A stretch of 63,825 nucleotides of DNA, filler included, from Phoronis australis (lineage: Eukaryota > Animalia > Phoronida): NCBI GenBank assembly GCA_002633005.1. It is 8 parts of 8 records of this genome, joined end to end, with 100 filler letters (N's around TTAATTAATTAA, not from the genome) between each part and the next. Parts side by side here need not be neighbours in the genome. Positions count along the whole stretch, not along the records: positions 47,573 to 51,427 come from NMRA01002807.1; positions 51,528 to 55,126 come from NMRA01000567.1; positions 55,227 to 63,825 come from NMRA01000619.1; 5 more parts are not named here. One strand, written 5' to 3'. The translations under genes and the position numbers were made by a program. Of this stretch, positions 50,790 to 63,825 are shown piece after piece. Each line of letters begins with the position of its first letter. Position 1 is the first letter of the stretch. The notes under the pieces were generated by a model that saw only the letters and a program-made list of their open reading frames with translations, was not told the origin of the DNA and searched no databases.

Positions 50790-53700
50790 TAATAAAAATA
50801 CATAATAACAGGGGAAGTTTTATGATAAATTTATGATTGTCCTGAAACTTTGTAATCCATCCATAATCATGCTAGTTCTCTGTGAACAGGAACAATTTTT
50901 ATTTTCAGTCTTTGATGGTCTCCCAAGAAATAAACAACAGATCGATTCCGTTGCAGGAGGTTTAGCTGGGGAGGCAAGGCGAGAAGGTTATTCCTGTTTC
51001 ATTTTGTTTCTGTTTTGTAATGATTTTTAATATCAGTGAATTGTTTGTGTCAGATGTGGTTTCGTGGACTAGCTCTTGCTAATGTCACTTTAGATCTATG
51101 CTTCAGCTGCTAAGGTATTTTGAGTGCTGTTAAGATTTGCAGTGTGACTATTATTTTGGGACATCCCATTGCACACAGTGATGAGTGTTGAATGTTGAAT
51201 GGTTGGCTTAATTTGCGACGATCACAAAAATGTGTTTTGAAAGAGGTTGGCACTGATATTTTGATTTTAGGGCCCTCAATGTCTCAATTTTGGAGCCGAA
51301 TATCGGCCCCGTTACCCCTGTGAAAAAGTTTTTCGAAATCATGCAAAATTCTCATGTGGCTCAAAAATCCCCCTGCAATGATTATCCCCCCATGTTTACA
51401 TCATTTATGCAAAATCCTGTGCTTTCANNNNNNNNNNNNNNNNNNNNNNNNNNNNNNNNNNNNNNNNNNNNTTAATTAATTAANNNNNNNNNNNNNNNNN
51501 NNNNNNNNNNNNNNNNNNNNNNNNNNNTAGGCTTCACGATCACTCATTTTCTCCTTAACTGGAACTTGTGTCACAGAATCAGAGGAATATGTATATAGCC
51601 AAATCGTAGCCTCTCAGTTGGCAGGTTAGGGGTTACAATACTTCCCCTCGCTTTCTGTACTAATTTCGTCACGTGTATTTTAAAAGGGCGGTAGGTGGAA
51701 TCCGCTGACCCATTAAGAGTTTTCACCTCGTCAAAAATACATTCTACACTTAAAACTATCACTTATAAAGGCATTTACTTTCTTCAGTGATCCTTTCTGC
51801 TTCTACACATATCTCGGATGAAGCATAAGAATTAAGGTAACTTTGGCGAAGAAATCCAACTCCATTTTTTGGTAACTGTTAACTTTTTCACTGCGTGTGC
51901 GATAAGCACTTCAATTGAGTTACATGAGTTAGGCAAAGGCTAGTGCGAGACTGAGTAAAGCGCGAAACGTGGCACGTGACACTTGCAAAATACCTGGTGA
52001 AATTTGTTAGATTTGTGACCCTTGGATTTCACGTAACTTCCTCAAAATGGCACCTGGTGAGAGAAACTCGAGCGCACAGCAATCGGATTTTTATGGATAT
52101 GTTCAACTTATGTTGACTAAATTTTTTCCACAATCATGATATGTGTTACTTTTATTTGCTGTATTTTGAAATGAGTAATTTTATATGAGGAAGTAATATT
52201 GTCCCTGTAATTTGCCTGCAGTATGTGTTGTTGGTGTAATTCCCATGAATGGTTATCATTTTTGTTTGTTTGGTGAATAAAATCGCCAATAGTAGAAAGA
52301 GGTTGATTAAATTAACATTGTTTTATGAATATGCAGTGCAAATTTTTATCAACGTAAACGTAAATATTTGAGTGAACTTTCCAAATTCCATGTTGCATTC
52401 CAAGTTCACACATAGTGATCTTGAGATTAAGCCCGATTCCAAGTTCACGCACACCAGGATCACTTGCGACAGCAGCACTCGCCAGCACTGTAGTGAGACG
52501 TTATTTGACTTGTCTCGCTGTTGGCATCGGAAGACGACTGTTGGAGACTGCTGACATTGGCTGTCCGGCCCAAATGCCGGTAATGGCCAATGAGGGCGCA
52601 ACATGAATATTAATTAAGCGGACCTGCGGCCGATACACGTGCTGGGATGGCTGGGATGCAGAGCGGCATTCGATATCCAGACCGCACACCCAAGGCCAAG
52701 CAGCCCTATTGAGCTCGACCAAGGACAACTAAGGTAAGACACCTTTAGAACTTACTAATTACTGACTGAACCTAACAGACTCTCACATTGACTCATGAGC
52801 ATCTATAATGTGCAAGTTAAGACACTTTAGAATTTACTACTACAGCACTGTCTACAACTACAACCTAATCTCCGGATGGTGGAGTCAACACGCAGAGAGC
52901 CTAAAGAATCTTGGACAAACTAAGGCAAGGATTCGAGTCAGACACACGTACACAATAAGACAAGATTCTAGAAACCAAAGATACTCCTTACCCAATGAAA
53001 CAAGCCGGCTTGATGCTTTGATACTTCAGACAGTCAGTCTTTCCATTCGAATTTGTAAACAAATCGGCATGACTTTACATAAATAGAACAAACAGGGTTT
53101 TTACTAATATTATTTTCAATGTTTTTTCTGTTTATTTACATATTGTGGTCCAAAGTCATACAAAATATTATAAAAATATGAATTTAAGAATATAATATCA
53201 TTAAAATTTACATATCTTGGTACAACACTAACTAACGTTGTTGAATAAAACTCGATAAAATGCTCACTATGCTACTCGAACACGTGCATTTGACACATCC
53301 GTCAACAACAGAACAGAGGTGAGTGAGTCACAGCTGATAACAGGGTTTGATGGACAACGATTTGGACATTGTTAGAACGTTTGCTCATGGACAAATTTGT
53401 TTTGTGCCTTAGCATTAGGCGCAAGGTACATCGAGACTTCCGTGTAAAACTCTATTTCTATCCGCCATTCAAAGTCAGACTCAGGCATTCACTTAGCCAG
53501 CTAGCTGTATGAAGACTCGTCAAAATATAGCTAGGTACCACGACGCACTGTGTGTATTTCTTCCGTAGACCCCGAAATTGCACGCAGCCAGGGTAGTTCT
53601 GCTCGTCACCGTGCCTGCCGTGAAACTTATATCAAAATGTAAAGCTAAAGACTGGACGGGGTGCTTGCTGTGTTTACCTTCAATGGTCTAATTGTGAATG

Positions 53701-54789
53701 TTATTGAGGCTGAATGAGGTTACATGAAAGAAAGCCACGTGCTGAAACTGGACCTTTTTTACAAGCGCTTCTATAGGCCATTAAAACTAGAACCCAGTGA
53801 AATTAGGGACGTGACAAAAAATTTCAAATTCTTATTTAATATTTAAAAATGCATTGATTTAATAAAACATCAAAAACAGAGTCAAACAAAAAAAATTAAC
53901 AAAATCCATTAAGCCGTTGACATTTTATGAACGTTTGAAGAGCGATAATTAGCCCTTTTTTTAGTCCTCTGAATACATGGGAGTAAATGCGCATTCATGT
54001 GACCCAAAATTAGTTTTTTCACAATAACTTCCTCAATACTTTTAATAACAACATGAAAATTTCAGGACATGACAATCCTAGCATTTACTTGGTGAGAAAC
54101 ATTTTTAAGAAAACAAAAAATTCCAAATTCCAAAATGGCGGACAATATGGCCACCATTATGACTGCAAAAACGTCTTATTGTTTTACGTTAATGAACTAT
54201 ATGGTGTAATATACCATTAACAAACTATATGGTGTGATATACCACATGATAGGTCTTTTCATTGCTTTTTTGAAGAGAATGGAGAAAAACATGTTTAGGC
54301 AATATTTTCGACATTTCCGCANATTGATTCAGCAACCATGTAACCATGATGTACACGTAATAAATGAATATTAAATGTGTTTTTATGAACTGCACGGATA
54401 TCATACAATTGTGTTATGCATACATGTTTATTTTGTACAAAATGGCTGCCAAGATGGCTGCCACCCATAACAGAAAAGTAGTTTTAGTAATACAATTTTA
54501 CAAGATAAATGAAACCAAAACGAGATTCGTTCAACTTTAAGTAAGAACAAATTTTTGCTTGACCGGCAACAAGACTACCCAGAGGTTCAGAAGTCCATCT
54601 GTAACAAATACAAAGGCACACTAAGTGCATCGCACAGATACAAAGAATCGTCATTATTTTAATCCCACTAGGGCGTGCAATGCGGATGGAGCAAATGCAC
54701 TAGTCTCCTTAGTAGAAACCTAACTACCAAGTTTCATGAAAATCCATCAATGAACTCTAAAGATACACAAGAAAACACACAAAAAAGTT

Positions 54790-55126
54790 GCCCTTGGAGG
54801 CACACAAACCGATTCCTTTTTTCTTTTGTTCAGTGGTAATTTTCTGGCGCTTTATCTGCTGTGTCAAATGTTTGATCTGACATGCTTTTGCAGACTTCAG
54901 TGAAGATTTGAGATCATGAATGGTTTTCTTTTCCATCGAAACATACTGTAGCCGTCTCTTTAGTTTTTGTTTCCTAGGTGTCAGGGCTTCTCGCTTAGAG
55001 GATGGTGTTGAGGTGGATGGCTCTGATTCAACTGAAGGGACACCTTCAATCTCTGGTTGTCAGCTCAGGAAATACAGGTTCATGGTGAGGGTCAGCAACC
55101 GCGCAAGACACAGGTTCTTCACTGGG
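54790..55126 (-). pseudogene. Decayed basic coiled-coil coding fragment, probably transposon-derived
   Basis: EPSTSTPSSKREALTPRKQKLKRRLQY...IKHLTQQIKRQK, with a frameshift upstream. Confidence 0.35.
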
Positions 55127-55226
55127 NNNNNNNNNNNNNNNNNNNNNNNNNNNNNNNNNNNNNNNNNNNNTTAATTAATTAANNNNNNNNNNNNNNNNNN
55201 NNNNNNNNNNNNNNNNNNNNNNNNNN

Positions 55227-58200
55227 TGGAGGCAAGTGGCGGCCAGTGGAGGCCAGGGGAGGCCATTGGAGGCCATGGGAAGCCAGTGGAGGCCAGTGGA
55301 GGTAAGTGGAGGCCTGTGGAGGCCAATGGAGACCACAGGAAGCCAGTGGAGGCCAGTGGAAGCCAGTGGATTCCAGTGGAAGCCAGAAGAGACCAGAGAA
55401 GGCAGGTGGAGGACAGGGGAGACCAGTGGAGGCCAGTGGAGGGCAGTGGAGGCCATTGGAGGCCATTGGAGGACATTGGATGCCATTGGAGGCCATTGGA
55501 AGCCAGTGGAGGCCAGCGGAGGCCAGCGGAGGCCAGCGGAGGCCAGCGGAATAGAGCGAAGGCCAGTGGAGGCCACCCACTGGAAACCGCTGGAGGCCGC
55601 TGGAGGCGACTGGGGGTCACAGGAACCCTTTGGAGGCCACTGGAGGCCACTGGAAGCCACGAGTGGCCACGGGAGGCCACGATAAGCCACAGGAGGCCAG
55701 GGGAATCCAGTGGAGGACACAGGAGGCCACTCAAAGCCAATGTGGACAACTGGTGGCCACTGGATGCCACTGGTGGCTATTGGAGTCCACAGGAGGACAC
55801 TGGAGGCCACTGGAGGCCAATAGAGTCCACTGGAGGCCACTGAATTTAACTGGAGGCCACTGAAGGCCACAGAAGGACTCTGGACGCCACTGAAAGCCAC
55901 TGAATGCCACTGGAATACGCTGGAGTACACTGGAGGCCACGAGATGCAACTGGAGGCCACGGGAGGACACCGGAGGCCAAGGGAGGCCACTGGAGGCCAC
56001 GGGAAGCTGCTCAAAGCCACTGGAGTTCAGCTAAGGCTGTTGGAGTCCGCTGGAGGCCTTTGGAGTCCGCTGGAGGCCGCTGGAAGTCATTGTGGGACAC
56101 GGGTGGCCGCGGGAAGCCGTTGCAGGCCACTGGAGGCCAGGGGGGGCCACTGGATTTAACTGGAGGCCACTGAAGGCCACAGAAGGACTCTGGACGCCAC
56201 TGAAAGCCACTGGAGGCCACTGAATGCCACTGGAATACGCTGGAGTACACTGGAGGCCACGAGATGCAACTGGAGGCCACGGGAGGACACCGGAGGCCAA
56301 GGGAAGCCACTGGAGGCCACGGGAAGCTGCTCAAAGCCACTGGAGTTCAGCTAAGGCCGTTGGAGTCCGCTGGAGGCCTTTGGAGTCCGCTGGAGGCCGC
56401 TGGAAGCCATTGTGGGACACGGGTGGCCGCGGGAAGCCGCTGCAGGCCACTGGAGGCCAGGGGGGGGCCACTGGAGGCCACTGGAGGCCAAGAGAGACAA
56501 CTCAAAGCCGCTGCAGGCCGCTGAAGGCCATTGGAGGACACGGGTGGCCGTCGGAGGTCACTAGAGGCCAATGGAGGCCACTGGAGGAGACACTGGATGC
56601 CTCAGGAAGCCACTGGAATCCACTGAAGGTCAGTGAAAGCGACTGGAGGCCAGGAGAGGCCACTGCTGGCCACGGGAAGCCAGCGGAGGCCACCCAATTC
56701 TACTAAAAGCCACTGGACACAACTGGAGGCCACTGAAGGCCACTGGAGGCCACTGGAGTCCAAAGGAAGGCATTGGAGGCCAAAGGAAGCCACTGGAGGC
56801 CACGGAAGGCCAGTGAAGGACACGGCAGGCCACTCAAAGCCACTGTGGACAACTGGAGGCCACTTGACGCCACTGGTGGCCACGAGAAGCCACTGGAGGC
56901 CACGGAAAGTCAGTGGAGGATACGGGAGGCCACTCAAAGCCACTGTGGACAACTGCAGGCCACTGGTGGCCACTGAAGGCCACTGGAGGCCACTGAAGGC
57001 CACTGGAGGGCACGAGAGCCCACTGGAGGCCAAGGGATGACACTAGAGGCCACCTGAGGCCTCTCAAAGCCACTGGACACCACTGGAGACCACTGGAGGC
57101 CACTGGTGTCCACTGGAGTCAACTCGAGGACACTGGGAACCACTGGAGGCCAATGGAGGTCACTGAAGGCAACCGGAGCCCACTGGAGGCCACTGGATGC
57201 CACGGGAGGAGGCCACTGGAGTAAACGGGAGGATACTCAAAGCCACTGTGGAAAACTGTAGGCCACTGATACCCACTGGTGGCCACTGGAGTCCACTGGA
57301 GGACACTGGAGGGCACAGGAGGCCACTGGAAGCCACTGGGCAATTGGAGGCCACTGGACGTTACTGGCGGCCACGTTAGGCCACTAGAGGAAAATGGAGG
57401 TCACTGGAGGCCACTGGAGGACATTGGAAGGAACTGGAGGCCACTGGAGACCACTAGAGAAAACGGGAGGATAATCAAAGCCACTGTGGAAAACTGGAGG
57501 ACACTGGAGGGCACTGGAGGCCAATGGAAGCCACTCGAGGCCACAGAAGACCATTGGAGGCCACTGGACGCCACTGGAGGCCGCTGGAGGGCACTGGAGA
57601 CCACTGGAGGACACTAGAGGACACGGGAGGCCACTGGAGGCCACTGTATGCCCCTGGAGGCCACTTTAGGCAACTGGAGCCCAATGGCGGCCACTGGAGG
57701 CCACTGGAGAATACGAGAGGCCACTCTAGGCCAAGGCAGGCATCTCAAAGCCACTGGATGTAACTGGAGGCAACTGAAGGCCACTGTAGGCCTCTGGGCG
57801 CCACTGGAGGGCACTGGAGGTCACGGGATGCAAGTGGAGGCCACGGGAGGAACTGGAGGCCAAGCGAGGCCACTGGAGGCACGGGAGGCCGATGAAAGCC
57901 ACTGGAGGTCAGTGAAGGCCGTTGGAGTCCGCTGGAGGCCCCTGGACGCCGATGGAAGCCATTGGAGGACAATGATGGCCGTGAGAGGCCATTGCAGGCA
58001 AATGGAGGCCACGGAGGGCCATTGGAGGCCAAGAGAGGAAACTCAAAGCCACTGGATACCACTGAGGGCCACTAGAGTCCACTGGAGACCACTGGAGGTA
58101 ACTGGAGGCCACTGAAGGTCACTGGTGGCCTCTGGATGCCACTGAAAGCCACTGGAGGCCACTGATGGCCACTGGAATACACTGGAGGCCACTGGAGGCC

Positions 58201-60050
58201 ACTTGATGCCATTGGAGACCACGGGAGGACACTGGAAGCCATGCAAGGCCACTGGAACACACTGGAGGCCACTTGATGCAATTGGAGACCACGGGAGGAC
58301 ACTGGAAGCCACGCAAGGCCACGGGAGGCCACTCAAAGCCACTGGGGACCCCTGGAGGTCACTAGAGGCCACTGGAGGCCACCGGAGGCCACTGGAGGCT
58401 AATGGAGGCAAGTGGAGGCCACTGGAGGCTAATGGAGGCAAGTGGAGGCCACTGGAGGCCATAAGAGGCCTTTGGAGGCCAGTAGACGCCACTGGAGGCC
58501 ATTGGATATCATTGAAGGACACTGGAGGCCGCTGGATGCCGCTGGATGCCGCTTGAGGCCACTGGAGGCCCCTGGACGCTACTGGAGGCCACTGGATTTA
58601 ACTGGAGGCCAGTGAAGGCCACTGGAGACCTCTGGGCGCCACTGAAAGCCACTGGAGGCCACTGGAAGCCACTGGAGGTTTGTGAAGGCCGTTGGAGTCC
58701 GCTGGATGCCGTTGGAGGCCACTGGAAGCCATTAGAGGACACTGTAGGCCAATAGAGGCCACTGGAGGCCACAGGAGGCCACTGGAGGCCACTGGAGGAA
58801 ACTGGAGACCACGGATAGCCACTCAAATCCACTGGAGACCACTTTAGGCCACCGGGATTCACTGGAGGACACTGGATTCTCTTGGAGGCCAATGCAGGCC
58901 ACTGGAGGCCACTAAAGGCAATAAAGGTCACTCGAAGCCATCTGAGGCCACTGTAGGCCTTTGGATATCAGTGAAGGCTGCTCGAGGCCGCTGGTGGCCA
59001 CTGATTATCCGTGAAGGCCGCTGGTGGCCGCTGGAGGCCACCAGAGGCCCCTATATGACACTGGAATGCGCTGGAGGCCACTGACGGCCACTGAATTCCA
59101 TTGGAGGCTTTTGGAGGCTGATGGAGGCCACTGGAGGCAACTGGAGGCCATCGGATGCCAACGGAGGCCACTGGAGGCTACTGGAAGCCACCGGAGGTCA
59201 CTGGAGGCCGCTGGAGGCCACGAGAGGCTATTGGAGGCCACGAGTTATTACTGGATGACACTGGAGTCCACTGGAGGCCACTGGATGTCACTGGACGACG
59301 CTGGAGGACACTGGAGGCCTCTAGAGGCCATGGGAGACCACCTGAGGCCACGGGATGACACTGGAAGCCACGGAAGGTCACTGGAGGTCACTGGAGGCCG
59401 CTGGAGGCCACAGGAGGCCACTGGAGCCCACAGGAGGCCACTGGAGGACAGACACTGAAGGCCACTGGAAGCCATTGGAGGCCACTGCAGGCCACCGGAG
59501 GTCAACGGAGACCACTGGAGCCCACCAGAGGCCACTGGAGGCTACTGGAAGTCAGTGAAGGCCGCTGGAGGACAAAGGTGGCCGCGGGAGGCCACGGGAG
59601 GACACTGGAGGCCAAGGGAGGGCGCTGAAAGCCACTGGAGCCCACAGAAGGCCGCTGGAGGACAGACACTGAAGGCCACTGGAAGCCATTGGAGGCCACT
59701 GCAGGCCACCGGAGGCCAAGGGAGACCACTGCAAGACAAAGGTGGCCGCGGGATGCCACGGGAGGCCACTGAAGACCACGGGAGGTCACTGGAGGCTACT
59801 GGACTCCACTGGAAGCCACTGGAGGCCACTGCAGGTCAGTGAAACCCGCTGGTGGCCGCTGAACTGCACTGGAGGTCAATGGAGGCCACTTGAGGCCACT
59901 GGAGGATACTGGAGGCCACTGGAGGATACTGGAGGCCACCGGAGGCCACTAGATGTCAGTGAAGGCCGCTAGAGGCCACTGGAGGCCACTGGTGGCCAAT
60001 GGATTCCTCTGGAGGCCATTAGAGGTCAGTGAAGGCCACTGGAGGTGGCA
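55227..60050. repeat. 4.8-kb satellite, 10-bp unit TGGAGGCCAC with higher-order structure
   Basis: Roughly 480 diverged decamers; a 310-320-bp block is duplicated at ~55850-56470. Confidence 0.97.
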
Positions 60051-60413
60051 CAGAATAGTTAGGCTGTGGCCGCAGCCAATTTGCACTCCCAAAATGTTAA
60101 AATCTAGGGCTAGGCCGGGCTTGGGGGCATTTTTTAGTTAGGTATTGTGTGTAGGCCAAGTGAATGTGTTTTTTTTGTATTTGTGAACATAAGGAACTAA
60201 GTATTAATGAAACATATTCTCAGTTGACACTGCTGTGCTTCGTGCATTCACATATTTTTGATGTCTTATTTTCTTTGTGTGTTCATTCACCAGCTGATGT
60301 CTGAGCACTGCACTAGGTGACTTCAAAAGATTGCTGTACATAAGTGATGGCTTCTGTGGGTATTTTGAATAGTTTGCTGCAGGTGGTTAAATCATTCACT
60401 TTCACCTTTGTAG

Positions 60414-63168
60414 ATGCACGGAAATTTGTGGTGCTGGACTTTAGCCACCCCATCCTCCTGACAGATGTACTTATCCCGTCGTGTACCTACCTCGCATCAC
60501 TTTCAATGGACAACGACTGGTGATAGCCCAGGACATCAGTTCACGCTCGCTAGTCACGAAGAACCTACTACCGCCACCTATGTGCCGATATCTGAAGGTA
60601 GCGTCCAGTGAATGGAATTTTTGAACACCTGACCTTGCTACTGAATCTCCAAAAGGTTGAGTGACTAAATAGCCTTTACTCTGGCTGCCAACTGACATCA
60701 TTCGCATTTTTTCCTGGCTAGAACTTTTTTACTTCATCTGGTATAAATTGCTCAGTGATAAAGTCATTGCTGCTGTGTACGTCTGCCACTTCTTGGGATG
60801 TCATTTGCTGCAGAAAAGCATCTAATGTCAAAGAAGTAGTCTGGCACTGATATTCTATTGTCAGTAGAACTAATTTTTATGGTAGATTATTACATGGTTT
60901 TGTTGGCAAAACATTAACTAGCCAGTCAAATGTCTCGCTTCCTTGTTTTTTAGATCACTACTGTGGGCGATTATGGTGCTGGCACATCACGTTCCCGTAT
61001 CCCTGTTGGTTCATTCTACGGCCATTCTTTCATCTTACCATGGTAGGCTGGCCCATCAACCAATAAGCCATCAAGTTCTAGCCTGACCTTGCGACCCGAT
61101 GAGGAGTTACGGCTGTTATCCCAGCTGGGTCTCTTGATGGGTCTTCAAGAAGACATTCAATGCCGCTGCAACCTCGCCTGTAGTCGTGTGAACGCTCTCG
61201 TGAGCAGCATAGACTTGAACTCGACAACGTATGAGGGTGTTTCGCCAGCACAGCGAGAGAAGTCGAAAGAGGACAAGAGCATTTTGCTGGCACTGAACAG
61301 TTGTACAGCTCTGCAGCTGCAGTTTAATCAGGCCTCGAGAGCCATATAGAGAGGCTACAGGGTGCCTTGGGGATCCAATCCGAGGCCAACGTTGGCGAAT
61401 CCTCCAATTTGAGTGTGTTGCTCAGAAATGCCTCGTCTGATAAACTGCGTGTGCTCACGGAGCTTTTGCTGGACATACGCCATCAATACCTTGCATGCCC
61501 AAGTCATTGTACCTAACCTGCGACGGGCGTTTACTGAGCGCCTGTTCAAGAGTGTGTGCATCGTGGGTATCCGCCCAATACAGGTGAGCGGTAGCATGTT
61601 GTTACTCCGCGTCTGTCATGGCCAACCAGGGCTCAACATTAACTTTTAAACCACTTAGTAGTTGAAATTTTTACTTGCCCGAACAACAAACTCACATGCC
61701 CCAAGTACAATCTGAAATAGCACCGTGCATGTGTACAACTTCTTTTATTTTTGATTATGTCATGCTGTGTTGTGTGTAATAATGCAATATAGTGAAATAA
61801 AGTCAATGTTTTACTTTATTGGTGGCCATTCTCTATCAATTCAAGTATTTTAATTTTCTTCAAATAAATTCAAAATGCTTTAACCAAAAATTTCAATGTA
61901 AATGTTGAGCTCAATACTTTGTTTTGCAATAAAAAACAAGTGGAGAATATTTTGATGACCAAGGCGTGGGCCGAAACTGTTAAGCACCCAGCGTATTCCA
62001 TTTGTCTAGTACCTAACGTGCAGACGAGCACTCCAAATTGGAACGCTAAGTCCCGCGTGGCTGCGCTGCACGCGAAAGAAGATGGCGGACGACCTTTGGA
62101 GCCTGACGACGATAGGTATCCGGACTATACTTGGGGAAACGCCGTTATCCCTTGTTGACTGTCTCACAGGCCAGAAAACTTAATTTCCCATGCCGGAACC
62201 CACCCCCGGTACTATTTTCTTTTCATATTTTTGCTTTTATTCTCCCTAATGTTGTTTTTTAGCAACTAATCCAAGGAGGCCGTTCTTGTTTGGACATTTT
62301 GCTAGTGTGCAGACGATCAGTAGTATCACGTGACAACTTATTCAGAAACTGCAGGTCTCGTTTAGGGAATCGAAAGGATTTGACAGCGGGTGTCATGTGT
62401 GCACGCAGTATCAAAATCATTCAATTTTCCTTGCTGTGCTCATTCGAAGACGGGAGTTTCTTTGACGGCCACCGGGGTTTTTTCGACAATATTTAGGTTT
62501 GTGTCGGGGATCGTTACTTTGGAGCAAATGTCGAGAAGACAATCTTAGGATCTATTGGCCTATGCGGCCAGCTTTTTAACTTGCCCATCGGGCAGGTAAT
62601 TTTCAAATTCCACTTGCTTGACGCAAAATCTACATGTAGGCTACACGGGCAATCGGGCAACCGTTAGTGGCAGGTGGGGAGAGTTCCTCGGCAACGTCTT
62701 GCTGGACCTTTACAGCTCAGAACAAACCCTCGTCTTCCCCAAGGATAGGTAGGCAGTACAATGGATAACTTATATAACCATTCTTGAGGTGTTGATATGG
62801 CTAATGGTAAAAGGTGGAAAGTCTTGGAATGCTTGACACTGTTGAATTATGTATACTATTTGAACTTTCGCTGCCTTTAAACTGGTGCACACTCATGAAG
62901 TTGCTTTCCTTTAGTTGACATTTTTTTGTGATTTAAATTTTTCTTCCCTCATAATGTTCTCTTAGTTTAATCGTTCAATCTGCTCTTGCTGCTTGGTGTA
63001 TTTGCGTACACTCTGTTGTTTCTTTTGTAGAGTTTTCATTTGCTGTTCTAGGTCAAAGGTGACTTGTGAGCAACGGAGGATCTGCAATGATCGAGAGCTT
63101 GATGTCACACATGACCAGTCTGCTCACCCCCCTTCAGAATAACCAGCACAGTTATTACTGGCAGAATG
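60414..63168 (+). pseudogene. BIRC6: Unprocessed BIRC6/Bruce pseudogene fragment
   Basis: Exons 60414-60597 (ARKFVVLDFSHPILLTDVLIPSC...PPPMCRYLK), 60954-61626 plus 62674-62748 (FYGHSFILPW*...LQEDIQCRCNLAC...WGEFLGNVLLDLYSSEQTLVFPKDR) and 63031-63168. Several stops and frameshifts, and an exonic insertion. Confidence 0.9.
61627..62673. mobile_element. hAT-like non-autonomous element inside a BIRC6 exon
   Basis: Begins cagggctcaacattaac; acttgccc/cgggca subterminal motifs; right tip eroded; coding similarity resumes after it. Confidence 0.7.
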
Positions 63169-63451
63169 GTATGTTTGAATATTACTTTGGTGTGGTGTTA
63201 CTTATGCCTTAAGTTGTCAAGTTAAATGTAGTAAGCCAGTGAGGGGTTTTTGGTGGACACCTACCATGCTCAAAAAGAATTGAAAATTTGGTGTTCGATT
63301 GACTTGCATCCAATATGTTAGGTCAAACAGAGCTAAAAATTTTTGTAAAATAGACATCATGGACATCAATCTGACAGAAAAAACTCCCAGTGTTGGGCCA
63401 AAATAATAGTTGAGTGTAATTATAACAAAATCAAATTCCCGTATAGGTACT

Positions 63452-63825
63452 TACTCTGGAGTTCCGAATAGTAGTAGAGACAGTAATAATAGTATAGACT
63501 AGAAAATTTCACGATTTTTAATAATAGTGGAGACTCTAATAATAGTATAGGCCCAACATTTTTGCCACTAGAAAAGTAGAATAATAGTATAGACCGCAAA
63601 TTTGTCGGAAAAAATTAATAATAGTATAGAATGGAATAATGGTATAGACGGCAAATTTGTGGAAATTTAAACATAGTATAGACTGGAATAATAATATTGA
63701 TAATAAATTTAGGTAAAACCTATTAATGATATAGAAGGGAATAATAATGCAAAACAGCAAATTCTAGGGAATAATGGTACAGACGGGAAATTTGTGGAAA
63801 ATTAAAAAATAGTTTTGACTGGAAT
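63452..63825 (+). repeat. Transposon-end-like array of aataatagtatagac motifs, truncated by the window end
   Basis: Begins tactctggagttccgaatagtag; about ten spaced copies of the motif. Confidence 0.6.

Noticed and set aside
52323-53086. Short overlapping ORFs and a strong donor at ~52733
   Set aside because: No recognisable protein; it may be a non-coding exon but cannot be supported from sequence alone.
55227-60050. CRISPR-like or other repeat-spacer array
   Set aside because: The units are contiguous with no unique spacers, the context is eukaryotic, and there are no cas genes.
55171-60141. Dozens of WPPVASSGLQ / WRPLEATGGH ORFs
   Set aside because: They are translations of a stop-free 10-bp satellite in all frames, with no codon-level constraint.

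Overview
Eukaryotic (AT-rich, intron-containing, probably invertebrate) genomic DNA. Seven 100-nt N/TTAATTAATTAA/N spacers show it is eight concatenated scaffolds, so neighbours across a spacer are not linked. Host genes, all partial and read as spliced exons: a vWA + IgGFc-binding-domain protein (+), lysosomal alpha-mannosidase (-) with two tandem alternative active-site exons only 36 nt apart, a candidate 70-aa single-pass microprotein, an FN3 exon, C9orf43-like (-) head-to-head with GM130/GOLGA2 (+), and an unprocessed BIRC6 pseudogene beside a 4.8-kb 10-bp satellite. The rest is mostly transposon-derived: an Academ-like element, a Harbinger nested in a LINE, several MITE families, and gag/THAP remnants. 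The most unusual region is 34.99-40.4 kb. There an intronless PHD-only ORF ends in a histone-type stem-loop with a downstream purine-rich element, and abuts a 4.6-kb unit bounded by 83-bp inverted repeats that carries an SGNH-motif/C2H2/PHD gene. Most ORFs in the supplied track are spurious. All homology calls are from recalled motifs, not searches.
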